From positions 16,145-80,144 of the forward strand of contig CAZOOZ010000009.1 of NCBI GenBank assembly GCA_964581565.1: a DNA stretch of 64,000 nt. Direction: 5' to 3'. This document shows, piece by piece, positions 48,422-57,752 of this stretch. The notes under the pieces are model-generated. The model worked only from the letters and a program-made list of their open reading frames with translations, did not search any database and was not told the DNA's origin. How positions within the stretch are numbered: position 1 is the first letter of the stretch; each line of letters begins with the position of its first letter. Made by a program: the position numbers and the translations under genes. This stretch comes from an uncultured Eubacteriaceae bacterium. GTDB lineage: Bacteria > Bacillota > Clostridia > Eubacteriales > UBA1433.

Positions 48422-49749
48422 TGAGATCGGTAAACCAATCAATAAGCATAGCAAGACATATATCTTATAAAGTGCTCTGTGACGTATATTATAATGGCGC
48501 ATATAGCAATTTATCGATCAAAAAACATTTTAAAGCATTAAAAAAAGAAGAAGATAAAGCACTGGCAACCAGCATTATATTTGGTACCATTAAAAATGAT
48601 ATCTATTTAACCGATATTATAAAAAAGCTTTCGTCGATTGAGTATGACAAAATAAAGCCTGAAATATCCGTATTATTAAAAGCAGGAATTTATCAATTGT
48701 ATTACATGGATAGAGTTCCTGCTTATGCTGTTGTAAATGACAGTGTAAATATTACAAAATTTTATGTATCAAATAAATCAGGCTCTTTTGTAAATGCGGT
48801 GCTCAGAAATGCAGGAAGACAAAAAGCCGCATTTGAATCAGATAAACAGCTCAGTCCCATTCCTAAGTGGCTGATTGATTATATGGCGGTATTTTACGAT
48901 AAACAATTTACCGATCGCTGGGCAGAAGATTTCCTTAAGAGTCCGCAAATGTTTGTTCGCGTCAATCAATTAAAAGGTGTGCCGGATGAAGTCTTTACTC
49001 TTTTAAATAAAGAAAAGTGTATATGCAAGAAAACTTTCATGCCGGATGTTTTTAAAGTATTGGATGCTAATGCGGTGTTGAATTCGTCGCTGTTTTCAAA
49101 CTTTGTTATCACTGTGCAAGATCTTTCGGCCTCGCTGTGTGCGTATGCGTTGAATGCAAAGCAGGCAGAGACGGTTCTTGATTTATGTGCCGCTCCGGGC
49201 GGTAAAAGTTTGCACATTGCCTCATTAACAAAAGACAAAGTCTTTCTCACTGCGTGCGATATTCATAAACATAAAATTGATTATATGAAAAATATTTTTA
49301 AACAAAATGATGTACAAAATATAAAGACAATTAAAAACAATGCAGAAAATTATACAAAAGAATTTGATAATAAATTTGATAAAGTCATTGTCGACGCACC
49401 GTGCAGCGGTCTGGGTGTGATAAAACGCAAACCTGAAATTTTACTTCATTTATCAAAAAAGGATATTGAAAATATTATTGAGATGCAGAGCAAGATACTG
49501 AATAATGCGGCAAAATATGTTAAAAACAAAGGCACGCTTCTATATTGCACATGCAGTATTAATCCAAATGAAAATGAATTGCAAATAAAAAAATTTTTAT
49601 TGCAAAATAAAGATTTCAGTCTATGCGCTATTGATTTACCAGTAGAGCTTTATGAGCATATAGATATGGCTGCCAAAGGAGAAATCAAGCTATTTTCTCA
49701 TGTCTTCTGTGGAGACGGATTTTATATTTGTAAAATGAAGAAAAATTAA
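48421..49749 (+). CDS. rsmB: 16S rRNA (cytosine967-C5)-methyltransferase RsmB
   Basis: NusB-like N-domain, SAM motif DLCAAPGGKS, and catalytic DAPCSGLG and YCTCS. Confidence 0.9.
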   Translation: MRSVNQSISIARHISYKVLCDVYYNGAYSNLSIKKHFKALKKEEDKALATSIIFGTIKNDIYLTDIIKKLSSIEYDKIKPEISVLLKAGIYQLYYMDRVPAYAVVNDSVNITKFYVSNKSGSFVNAVLRNAGRQKAAFESDKQLSPIPKWLIDYMAVFYDKQFTDRWAEDFLKSPQMFVRVNQLKGVPDEVFTLLNKEKCICKKTFMPDVFKVLDANAVLNSSLFSNFVITVQDLSASLCAYALNAKQAETVLDLCAAPGGKSLHIASLTKDKVFLTACDIHKHKIDYMKNIFKQNDVQNIKTIKNNAENYTKEFDNKFDKVIVDAPCSGLGVIKRKPEILLHLSKKDIENIIEMQSKILNNAAKYVKNKGTLLYCTCSINPNENELQIKKFLLQNKDFSLCAIDLPVELYEHIDMAAKGEIKLFSHVFCGDGFYICKMKKN

Positions 49750-49798
49750 CTACAAAAAAAGCTGGTCAAACACAATGACTTTAGTGTAAAATATATAA

Positions 49799-50842
49799 AT
49801 GAATAATTGTCAAAAGATAAATTTATTTGGATTAAGCAGGCAGGAAATATTAAAGATTACGGAAGAAAATAATTGGCCTGTCTACAGAGCAGATCAAATA
49901 TATACGTGGATTTATAAAGGCGTAGAAAGTATAGATTCAATGCTTAACCTGCCTTTAATGCTGCGTGAAGAATTAAAAAAAGATTATTGCATAAAGCATT
50001 TTAAAATAGTAAAAAAAATAAGAGAAAAGAATACCGATACAATCAAATATCTTTTGAAAACACAAGATAATTTCACAATTGAAGCTGTTTTAATGCATTA
50101 TAAGCACGGGGCTAGCCTGTGCATTTCCTCACAGATTGGTTGTGATATGGCTTGTAGTTTTTGCGCATCTGCAATCGGAGGACTGCAAAGAAATTTAACG
50201 GCAGGCGAAATGCTTTCTCAAGTTTATGAAATACAAAAAGACAGTGCGAAGAGGATAAGTAATATTGTTATGATGGGAAGCGGGGAGCCACTTGAAAATT
50301 ATGATAGCACAATTAGTTTTTTAAAACTAATAACCGATGAAAGTGGCCTTAACATTTCGCGCCGGAACATTACTTTATCCACATGTGGTATAGCTGAAAA
50401 AATTTATAGCCTTGCTGACAGTGATATGGGTATCAATTTATCTGTTTCTTTGCATAATCCAATCCAACAGCAAAGAGAAAAAATGATGCCAATAGCAAAA
50501 CATATATCGTTAGATGAATTGTTGAAAGCTTGTTCTTATTATATAAAAAAGACTAAAAGACGCATTACATTTGAATATGCATTAATAGACGGTATAAACG
50601 ATACGGCATATCATGCACAAGCATTAATAAAAATGCTAAAGGGATTAAATTGTCTTGTGAATTTAATCCCTGCAAATGATACATTCAATAAAAATATGAA
50701 AAAGAGCAATGAAGATAATATAAAGAAATTTTATGACACGCTTACAAAAAATAATATTAACACAACGATTAGAAGAACACTTGGAAGCAGTATCAATGCT
50801 GCATGCGGTCAGTTAAAAGCTGGGATATATAAGGAGGACTAA
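49799..50842 (+). CDS. rlmN: 23S rRNA/tRNA adenine-C2 methyltransferase RlmN (radical SAM)
   Basis: GCDMACSFCAS cluster motif, MGSGEPL, and C-terminal AACGQL. Confidence 0.94.
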   Translation: MNNCQKINLFGLSRQEILKITEENNWPVYRADQIYTWIYKGVESIDSMLNLPLMLREELKKDYCIKHFKIVKKIREKNTDTIKYLLKTQDNFTIEAVLMHYKHGASLCISSQIGCDMACSFCASAIGGLQRNLTAGEMLSQVYEIQKDSAKRISNIVMMGSGEPLENYDSTISFLKLITDESGLNISRRNITLSTCGIAEKIYSLADSDMGINLSVSLHNPIQQQREKMMPIAKHISLDELLKACSYYIKKTKRRITFEYALIDGINDTAYHAQALIKMLKGLNCLVNLIPANDTFNKNMKKSNEDNIKKFYDTLTKNNINTTIRRTLGSSINAACGQLKAGIYKED

Positions 50843-50847
50843 CCCGT

Positions 50848-51591
50848 ATGGATGTAGCATATAGGACAGATGTAGGTAAAATCAGGCAAAAAAATGAAGA
50901 TGCTGTATTGACCTTATTCAATAGTAAGAATGATATCTTTGTTTGTGCGGTAGCAGATGGCATGGGCGGGCATAAAGGCGGCGGCATGGCATCCTCTACT
51001 GCGCTTAATATATTAAGAAAAAAATTGATTTCATTAGATGGAAGCGCGCTGGAAGAGTATGTTTTTTCGTTGGAAGAAATTATCACAAGTATCAATGATG
51101 AAATATTAGATCAGTCGAGTAAAGATAGCAATTTAAAAGGTATGGGAACCACAATCACCGCATGCATTGTCAGTCAAAATAAAATGGTGGTATTCCATAT
51201 CGGAGACAGCAGACTTTATTTAGTTGATTCAAACGGGATTAAACAGATTACGAAGGATCATTCCCTTGTGCAAAGACTTGTAGATGAAGGAAGGATTACA
51301 AAGGAAGAAGCCTTCGTTCACCCCAATAGAAATATTCTATTAAAGGCATTAGGAAGTAATGAAAAGTTAATCGCAGATGTACAGGAAATTACTTTAGATA
51401 AAGCAGTGAAAGTAGTTCTTTGCAGTGATGGGCTGACTTCCATGCTTAAGGATAAAGAAATTGAAGAAATAGTTATAAATAATACCTGTGAAGTAGCGGT
51501 CGACAAGCTTATTGCTGCTGCTAACAAAGCAGGCGGAGCAGACAATATCACTGTAATTGTTTTTGATGCAGGAGAAAATAATGGGCAGTAG
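50848..51591 (+). CDS. prpC: PP2C-family Ser/Thr phosphatase (Stp/PrpC)
   Basis: RQKNEDA, VADGMGGH and GGADNITV motifs. 11-nt overlap with prkC. Confidence 0.92.
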   Translation: MDVAYRTDVGKIRQKNEDAVLTLFNSKNDIFVCAVADGMGGHKGGGMASSTALNILRKKLISLDGSALEEYVFSLEEIITSINDEILDQSSKDSNLKGMGTTITACIVSQNKMVVFHIGDSRLYLVDSNGIKQITKDHSLVQRLVDEGRITKEEAFVHPNRNILLKALGSNEKLIADVQEITLDKAVKVVLCSDGLTSMLKDKEIEEIVINNTCEVAVDKLIAAANKAGGADNITVIVFDAGENNGQ

Positions 51592-53515
51592 TAAATTACT
51601 TAACAATAGATATAGAATTTTAGCAAAAATCGGCATAGGAGGAATGGCTGTTATTTATAAAGCGCAAGATACGTTGCTGGACCGATTTGTTGCTATTAAA
51701 GTTTTAAAAGAAGAATATGTTAATAATGAGCAATTTTTAAAAAAATTTAAACGTGAAGCACAGGCTGCCGCAAGGCTTACGCATCCCAATATTGTAAATG
51801 TTTTCGATGTTGGAGAAGAAGACGGACTGCATTACATAGTCATGGAGCTTGTTGAAGGGCAGACATTAAAAGAATATATAGAGCAAAGAGGCTGCCTCAC
51901 ATGGAAAGAAACGCTCGCTATTGTTTTGCAAATTGCATCTGCGCTTGATACTGCTCATAAAAATAATATCATACATAGAGATATTAAACCGCAGAATATA
52001 CTAATGTCGGATGACGGCGTCCCCAAAGTGACCGATTTTGGCATTGCTAAAGCGGTGACAAGTTCGACTGTTACCACTGATGGCGATGCTATGGGCAGTG
52101 TACACTACATCTCGCCCGAACAGGCCAGAGGTGGATTTGTTGACGAGAGAAGTGATTTATATTCTCTTGGTATTATGATGTATGAAATGCTTACCGGTAT
52201 ACTTCCGTATGTAGGAGATACGGTTGTTAGTATTGCAATCCAGCATATTCAGAGTCATGTGCCCCAAATAGAGACAGTCACTCCCAACATTCCTCAAGCC
52301 GTTGCCGATATTGCCAATAAACTTACTATGAAGCAACCGGAAAAAAGATATCAAAATGCAATGGAGTTGATGAATGCTATCATCAAAGCCAAAAACAACC
52401 CTTACGTCAGCCTTGAAAATCCTGAAGATGGCAAGAAAGAAAAAGCGGTTGCGGTAAAATCGCCTCATCCGAAACCGAAACCATCGGAAGAAAGAATTAT
52501 TTTAACTCAGAGTGAAGAAGAGTCTTCAAAAGATGAAGATAACATAAAACAAAAACGTAATATAAAATCAATTGCTCAATCTATTTTTGAGAAAAAGAAA
52601 ATTGTTATTGCGTCAGTCATATTTATTGTTTTAATTTTAACAACAACTCTAATCTATGGTCTTAGTGGCAACAAGAAAGTTGAAGTGCCCGATATTACCG
52701 GAATGAACATCTCTCAGGCGGAAGAAGAATTAAGTAAAGTCGGACTTGATTATAAAATTACACTTGAGCAAAACAGCCTTGAAGTAGATTCGGATTGTGT
52801 AATCAGTCAAAATCCGGAGGCTGGGGAATATATAAAAAAATCGCTTCCGGTTGAAATTGTTATCAGCCTTGGCCCACAGACGATTACGATGCCGGATGTT
52901 GTGGGGCAGTATGAAGTAAATGCAAAGAGCACGCTTGAAAACGCCGGATTAATTGTAAGCGAAGTTAATAAGGAGTACAATGACGAATATGATGTCAATA
53001 TTGTATATAACCAGTCGCCGGCGGCAAGCGAACAAGTGCTGGAAGGAAGCAATGTAGTTTTATATGTGAGCAAAGGAAAAGAAACAAATATTATGCCTAA
53101 TCTCGTAGGCAAAACGGAGGATGAGGCACGAGAGGAACTCACAAAGCTCGGGCTCTCAATAACGAGTGTTAAGTATGAAGTCAGCACAAAATATGAAAAA
53201 GGGCTCGTGACAAGTCAGGATCCGGCAGCAAATAAACTTGTTGAAAAAACACAAGGAGTAACTATCACTGTAAGCAAGGGAAAAATCGTGACGAAAAATA
53301 TCACAATCAAGCTTTCTGATTTGGTAAGCGGGGATGTACACAATGTTAATGTGCGTGTTGATCTGCTCGATCAAGATGGCAATGCAGATACTCAGTATGA
53401 AGAGACACATAAATCGAATGAAGTAATAACAGTACCTTTAGAGGGTGTTGGAGTGCAATATTACAAGATTTATATCGATAACGCCGAAGCGCAGACCGGC
53501 ATCATAACATTCTAG
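51581..53515 (+). CDS. prkC: Ser/Thr protein kinase PrkC with a TM and three PASTA repeats
   Basis: GIGGMAVIYKA, HRDIKPQN and DFGIA motifs, a central TM, and three repeats of about 65 aa (VPDITGM.., MPDVVGQ.., MPNLVGK..). Start refined to MGSSKLL (RBS AGGAGA). Confidence 0.94.
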   Translation: MGSSKLLNNRYRILAKIGIGGMAVIYKAQDTLLDRFVAIKVLKEEYVNNEQFLKKFKREAQAAARLTHPNIVNVFDVGEEDGLHYIVMELVEGQTLKEYIEQRGCLTWKETLAIVLQIASALDTAHKNNIIHRDIKPQNILMSDDGVPKVTDFGIAKAVTSSTVTTDGDAMGSVHYISPEQARGGFVDERSDLYSLGIMMYEMLTGILPYVGDTVVSIAIQHIQSHVPQIETVTPNIPQAVADIANKLTMKQPEKRYQNAMELMNAIIKAKNNPYVSLENPEDGKKEKAVAVKSPHPKPKPSEERIILTQSEEESSKDEDNIKQKRNIKSIAQSIFEKKKIVIASVIFIVLILTTTLIYGLSGNKKVEVPDITGMNISQAEEELSKVGLDYKITLEQNSLEVDSDCVISQNPEAGEYIKKSLPVEIVISLGPQTITMPDVVGQYEVNAKSTLENAGLIVSEVNKEYNDEYDVNIVYNQSPAASEQVLEGSNVVLYVSKGKETNIMPNLVGKTEDEAREELTKLGLSITSVKYEVSTKYEKGLVTSQDPAANKLVEKTQGVTITVSKGKIVTKNITIKLSDLVSGDVHNVNVRVDLLDQDGNADTQYEETHKSNEVITVPLEGVGVQYYKIYIDNAEAQTGIITF

Positions 53516-53529
53516 AAAAGAGAGGTCTT

Positions 53530-54405
53530 ATGTACGGAAAGATCACAAAAGGCATAGGAGGTTTTTATACGGTTTTAACTGCGGACGGCAATTATATTAC
53601 ATGCAGCGTTAAAGGGGTTTTCAGAAAGCAAAATATAACCCCGGTCATAGGGGATGACGTAGTTTTAGAACAGGCTGACAATCATTTTGTGATTGCAAAA
53701 ATATTAGAACGAACGAATATGTTGCTTCGGCCAGCTGTTGCAAATATATCACAAGCCATACTTGTTATGGCTTGTACGAAACCGGAGCCGAATCTAATGG
53801 TGCTCGACAAACTTACTTCCATCTGTGAAGCTAAGGGACTGAACGTTATTATTTGTTTTAATAAAATGGATTTGGTCAATAGTGAGAAAATTAAGTTTTT
53901 AAAAGATATTTATGAAAAAACGCCTTATAAAATTCTTTTCACAAGTGCAGATACAAAAAATATATCCGAGCTTTTACAAATTTTACAAGATAATATAACA
54001 GTTTTCGCGGGGCCTTCTGGAGTAGGTAAAAGCACTTTGATTAATGCGGTGAACCCGTCCTTTCATTTGAATACAGGGCAGATAAGTGAAAAAATCAAAA
54101 GAGGAAAGCATACTACAAGGCATACAGAACTCTTAGCGTTAAATGAAAAAAGTTATATAGTAGACACACCGGGCTTTACGAATATTGATATAACAGAAGT
54201 TGAATTTGATCAAATAAAATATTGTTTTGCGGAATTTGATAAATACGAAGGTATGTGTCAATTTGCCTCATGTATGCATGACAGTGAGCCTCATTGCGCC
54301 GTAAAAGATGCACTAGCGAATGGAAAGATCAGCCGCAGCAGATACGAGAATTATATAGCGATTAAGAATGAAATTTTTCTGAATACAAGGAATTATAAAA
54401 AATGA
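53530..54405 (+). CDS. rsgA: Ribosome small-subunit biogenesis GTPase RsgA
   Basis: Circularly permuted GTPase (NKMDL then GPSGVGKSTLIN) with a C-terminal zinc knuckle (CQFASCMHDSEPHC). Confidence 0.93.
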   Translation: MYGKITKGIGGFYTVLTADGNYITCSVKGVFRKQNITPVIGDDVVLEQADNHFVIAKILERTNMLLRPAVANISQAILVMACTKPEPNLMVLDKLTSICEAKGLNVIICFNKMDLVNSEKIKFLKDIYEKTPYKILFTSADTKNISELLQILQDNITVFAGPSGVGKSTLINAVNPSFHLNTGQISEKIKRGKHTTRHTELLALNEKSYIVDTPGFTNIDITEVEFDQIKYCFAEFDKYEGMCQFASCMHDSEPHCAVKDALANGKISRSRYENYIAIKNEIFLNTRNYKK

Positions 54406-55046
54406 ATGCAGTTATTTTGGGTAATGGAAGCTATACAGATTATGAATTTTATAAAAATTATTTAGCAACTTATCCCGCGGATATCATTATCTGTGCTGAC
54501 GGAGGTATTAAAACAGCATTGAAATTGGGCATCCTTCCTAATGTTTTGCTGGGAGATTTCGATTCGGTTACAAAAGCTGAAATTGCTGGTTTTAAAGATA
54601 AAATAAAAATTATACCATTTGAGAAACGCAAAGATTATACGGATGTGCATCTGTGCATGAAATATGCTATTGAAAATAACCATAGACAGATCACTTTATT
54701 TGGTGTTTTAGGCACGAGAGCCGATCATTCTCTAGTTAACGTTTATTTGCTGAAATATGCACTTGATAATCAAGCAAATGCAAAAATTGTCAATGAATTT
54801 AATGAGATTTTTTTATTAAATAATTTTATTAGGTTAAATGGAGTTAAAAACAAAACCATCTCCGTGCTGCCGTATACCGATAAAATTGAAGGTATCTGTC
54901 TAAAAGGAATGAGTTATCCACTCGTCAATGCCACAATGACAAAAGAAAATCCGTATGGTGTAAGTAATTATGCAGTTGAAGATACAGTTGAAATTAATAT
55001 CAGCGGTGGAACAGCTATTATTGTTATTACGCAAGATAATTACTGA
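54402..55046 (+). CDS. thiN: Thiamine pyrophosphokinase
   Basis: CADGG, GDFDS, DYTD and GTRADHSL motifs. ATGA overlap with rsgA. Confidence 0.88.
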   Translation: MNAVILGNGSYTDYEFYKNYLATYPADIIICADGGIKTALKLGILPNVLLGDFDSVTKAEIAGFKDKIKIIPFEKRKDYTDVHLCMKYAIENNHRQITLFGVLGTRADHSLVNVYLLKYALDNQANAKIVNEFNEIFLLNNFIRLNGVKNKTISVLPYTDKIEGICLKGMSYPLVNATMTKENPYGVSNYAVEDTVEINISGGTAIIVITQDNY

Positions 55047-55165
55047 GCAAGCAAATGAAATTTAAGAAATAATTTAAATTATGATTAAATAATGAACATA
55101 TTGAAAAACAATTTAATATTATGTTTTAAGAAAAGATTATTTAAATTGTTTGGGATGTGATTCAG

Positions 55166-55330
55166 ATGACAAAAAAAACATTTGATGTGTTTAATTTTTT
55201 ACTTATAGGTGTACTTGTAGTATTGGCTCTGCCGAAACGCTTTTGGTATATTTGCCTTATAGCCGTAGCCATACCGTTTATATATTATTTAGTAACTTGT
55301 GGAGGACACAAAAGATTTTTTAAAAAATAA
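55166..55330 (+). CDS. Possible small membrane protein (54 aa)
   Basis: Below the ORF-track size cut-off. Product: MTKKTFDVFNFLLIGVLVVLALPKRFWYICLIAVAIPFIYYLVTCGGHKRFFKK, with two hydrophobic helices. The RBS is weak (GGGATGTGA). Confidence 0.35.
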   Translation: MTKKTFDVFNFLLIGVLVVLALPKRFWYICLIAVAIPFIYYLVTCGGHKRFFKK

Positions 55331-55401
55331 TAAAATAAAAACAAAAAAACAGACATTACTGCATGATTGCCTGTTTTTATGTTATTATCTTATGAATGAT
55401 T

Positions 55402-55590
55402 TTAAGCACGAGAAACCTTTTCAGATCGCAAACAGCGCGTGCATACATATACTTTTTTAGGTGTGCCGTCCTCTATTATGTTTACTTTTCTTAAATTAGG
55501 CTTCCAAATACGACGTGTATGTCTATTAGAATGGCTTACCGCGTTACCGCTTATTGCTTTTTTTTCACATACATAACATTGTTTTGCCAT
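55402..55590 (-). CDS. rpmB: 50S ribosomal protein L28
   Basis: MAKQCYVCEKKAISGNAVSHSNRHTRR with RBS AAGGAGG. The ORF track extends 24 nt further upstream. Confidence 0.95.
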   Translation of the reverse strand: MAKQCYVCEKKAISGNAVSHSNRHTRRIWKPNLRKVNIIEDGTPKKVYVCTRCLRSEKVSRA

Positions 55591-55756
55591 GGTAATACCT
55601 CCTTGTAGTAGCATAGAGCATCAAATATTATAACACTATAGCCGATAGTATTGCAAATGTTTTTTTATTGTTTTAATGATTATTATTATAAATAATTAAC
55701 AGAACTTGAAAATTATTAAAAAATAAAGTACAATATCGATCAAAGGAGGGGTCTAA

Positions 55757-56101
55757 ATGTATATAGACGCTGAAAATAGATATGGCATTATAAGAATGTC
55801 TAAAAGTATGATTGCAAAAATCGCCGCACTTGCCGCGATAGATTGTTATGGGCTCGTTGGAATGGCGAGGAAACACTATGGTTTGGTTGAGCTTTTGAAA
55901 AGAGATCAGGGAGCTAAAGGTGTGAAAATCAGGCAAGATAATGACGGAATTATAATAGATTTATATGTTATTTTTGAATTCGGCGTAAAACTGCAAACAG
56001 TAGCTGAAAATGTTGTGGAAAAAGTGAAATATAATGTGGAATTAGCAACAGATATTAAAGTGAAGAAAATAAACATATATGTAGAAAGTGTACGAGTTTA
56101 A
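55757..56101 (+). CDS. Asp23/Gls24-family envelope stress protein (YloU-like)
   Basis: IAALAAIDCYGLVGM and VKKINIYVESV motifs. Conserved rpmB / asp23-yloV-recG arrangement. Confidence 0.88.
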   Translation: MYIDAENRYGIIRMSKSMIAKIAALAAIDCYGLVGMARKHYGLVELLKRDQGAKGVKIRQDNDGIIIDLYVIFEFGVKLQTVAENVVEKVKYNVELATDIKVKKINIYVESVRV

Positions 56102-56126
56102 GACAAGATAGTGTATAGGTGAAATA

Positions 56127-57749
56127 ATGGATATAATAAATGGACAAACATTAAAAGAGGCTGTTTTATATGCGGCGGCATATTTAGAAAAGAATAAAGA
56201 AGAGGTAAATAGTCTGAATGTTTTTCCCGTACCTGATGGAGATACGGGAACTAATATGTCGCTCACTATTAATTATGCGGCAAAAAATGTTCAAAATGTT
56301 GAAGAAAATAATGTAAAAACAGTAGCAAAAATGATGTCTTCCGGCTCCCTGATGGGAGCAAGGGGAAACTCCGGAGTTATTTTATCACAACTTTTCAGAG
56401 GGTTTTATGAAGGATGCAAAGAACGCAATACACTCAGTATTGCGCAATTCGCCGCATGTCTTAAAGCATCTTCTGATATGGCCTATAAAGCAGTGATAAA
56501 ACCCACGGAAGGAACAATTTTAACAATAGCCAGAGAAATGGCATTCTTTGCGACTTCTCATTTTGAAAAATATAAAACAATAGAACAATTTTTACAGGAT
56601 ATTATTGCCCATGGAGAAATAATTTTAAATAAAACACCCGATATGCTTCCGGTATTAAAAGAGGCCGGTGTTGTTGATGCGGGAGGGATGGGTCTGATTT
56701 ATATTTATAAAGGATTTTTAGCAGTGATGAGAGGCGAAAAATTATCGGAGACCGATTTTACTCAAGCAAAAGGAACGAAAAAAATGTCTGATGCCGCTCT
56801 CCCTCAAGACATAAAATTTATGTATTGCACTGAAGTGATGATACAGGGAGATTCAAGCAAGGCTCCGACACTTAGAACAAAATTATCGCCTTTGGGAGAC
56901 AGCATGCTGGTGATAGGGGATGATAATATCATTAAAGTGCATATTCATACAAACGAACCAGGAAAAGTAATCACACATTGTCTTGTTTATGGCGAGTTGA
57001 TTGATATAAAGATTGAAAATATGAAATTACAGCATGAAAACACATTAATAGAAGAAAGCGCTTATTTGAAGAAAAAACCTGAAAAAAGGTCAAAGTATGC
57101 CTTTGTAGCTGTTTCGAGTGGGGAGGGGATTGATAAAGTATTCGAGGATTTGGGTGTGGTGAATATTATAAAGGGTGGACAAACAATGAATCCGAGTACA
57201 CAGGATTTTTTAGATGAAATCAGTCTGATTAATGCAGATGTTATTTATTTGCTGCCAAATAATAAAAATATTATTCTGGCTGCTAATCAAGCAAAAGCAA
57301 TGTCTGCTGAACATATTGAAGTAATCCCGACAAAAACAATTCCCCAAGGTATATCTGCAATTTTAGCTTTCGCGGAAGATATTGAAAATGAAGAAAATTT
57401 AATCAACTTAAACGAAGCAATCCAAGCTGTCAAGACAGGACAGGTTACTTTTGCGGTCAGAGATACCATAATTGCTGATAGAAAAATTAAAAAAGGTAAT
57501 ATCATAGGCCTAAATGATAAGGAAGGCATTGTTGCGGTATCAAATTCTCCCGAAAAAACTGTGATGGATTTGGTTGAAAAGATGGCGGATGAAGATACAG
57601 AACTTATTTATATTTACTATGGGGAAGATATCCCGCAAAAAGATGCGCAGAAACTTCATAAAAAACTTGAAAAAATATATAGCAGTATAGATGTTGTTTT
57701 GCAATACGGAGGACAACCACTTTATTATTACATTATCTCGGTTGAATAA
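56127..57749 (+). CDS. yloV: DAK2-domain fusion protein YloV
   Basis: N-terminal DhaL-like PDGDTGTNM and RGNSGVILSQ, plus a C-terminal DegV-like half. Confidence 0.9.
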   Translation: MDIINGQTLKEAVLYAAAYLEKNKEEVNSLNVFPVPDGDTGTNMSLTINYAAKNVQNVEENNVKTVAKMMSSGSLMGARGNSGVILSQLFRGFYEGCKERNTLSIAQFAACLKASSDMAYKAVIKPTEGTILTIAREMAFFATSHFEKYKTIEQFLQDIIAHGEIILNKTPDMLPVLKEAGVVDAGGMGLIYIYKGFLAVMRGEKLSETDFTQAKGTKKMSDAALPQDIKFMYCTEVMIQGDSSKAPTLRTKLSPLGDSMLVIGDDNIIKVHIHTNEPGKVITHCLVYGELIDIKIENMKLQHENTLIEESAYLKKKPEKRSKYAFVAVSSGEGIDKVFEDLGVVNIIKGGQTMNPSTQDFLDEISLINADVIYLLPNNKNIILAANQAKAMSAEHIEVIPTKTIPQGISAILAFAEDIENEENLINLNEAIQAVKTGQVTFAVRDTIIADRKIKKGNIIGLNDKEGIVAVSNSPEKTVMDLVEKMADEDTELIYIYYGEDIPQKDAQKLHKKLEKIYSSIDVVLQYGGQPLYYYIISVE

Positions 57750-57752
57750 ATT

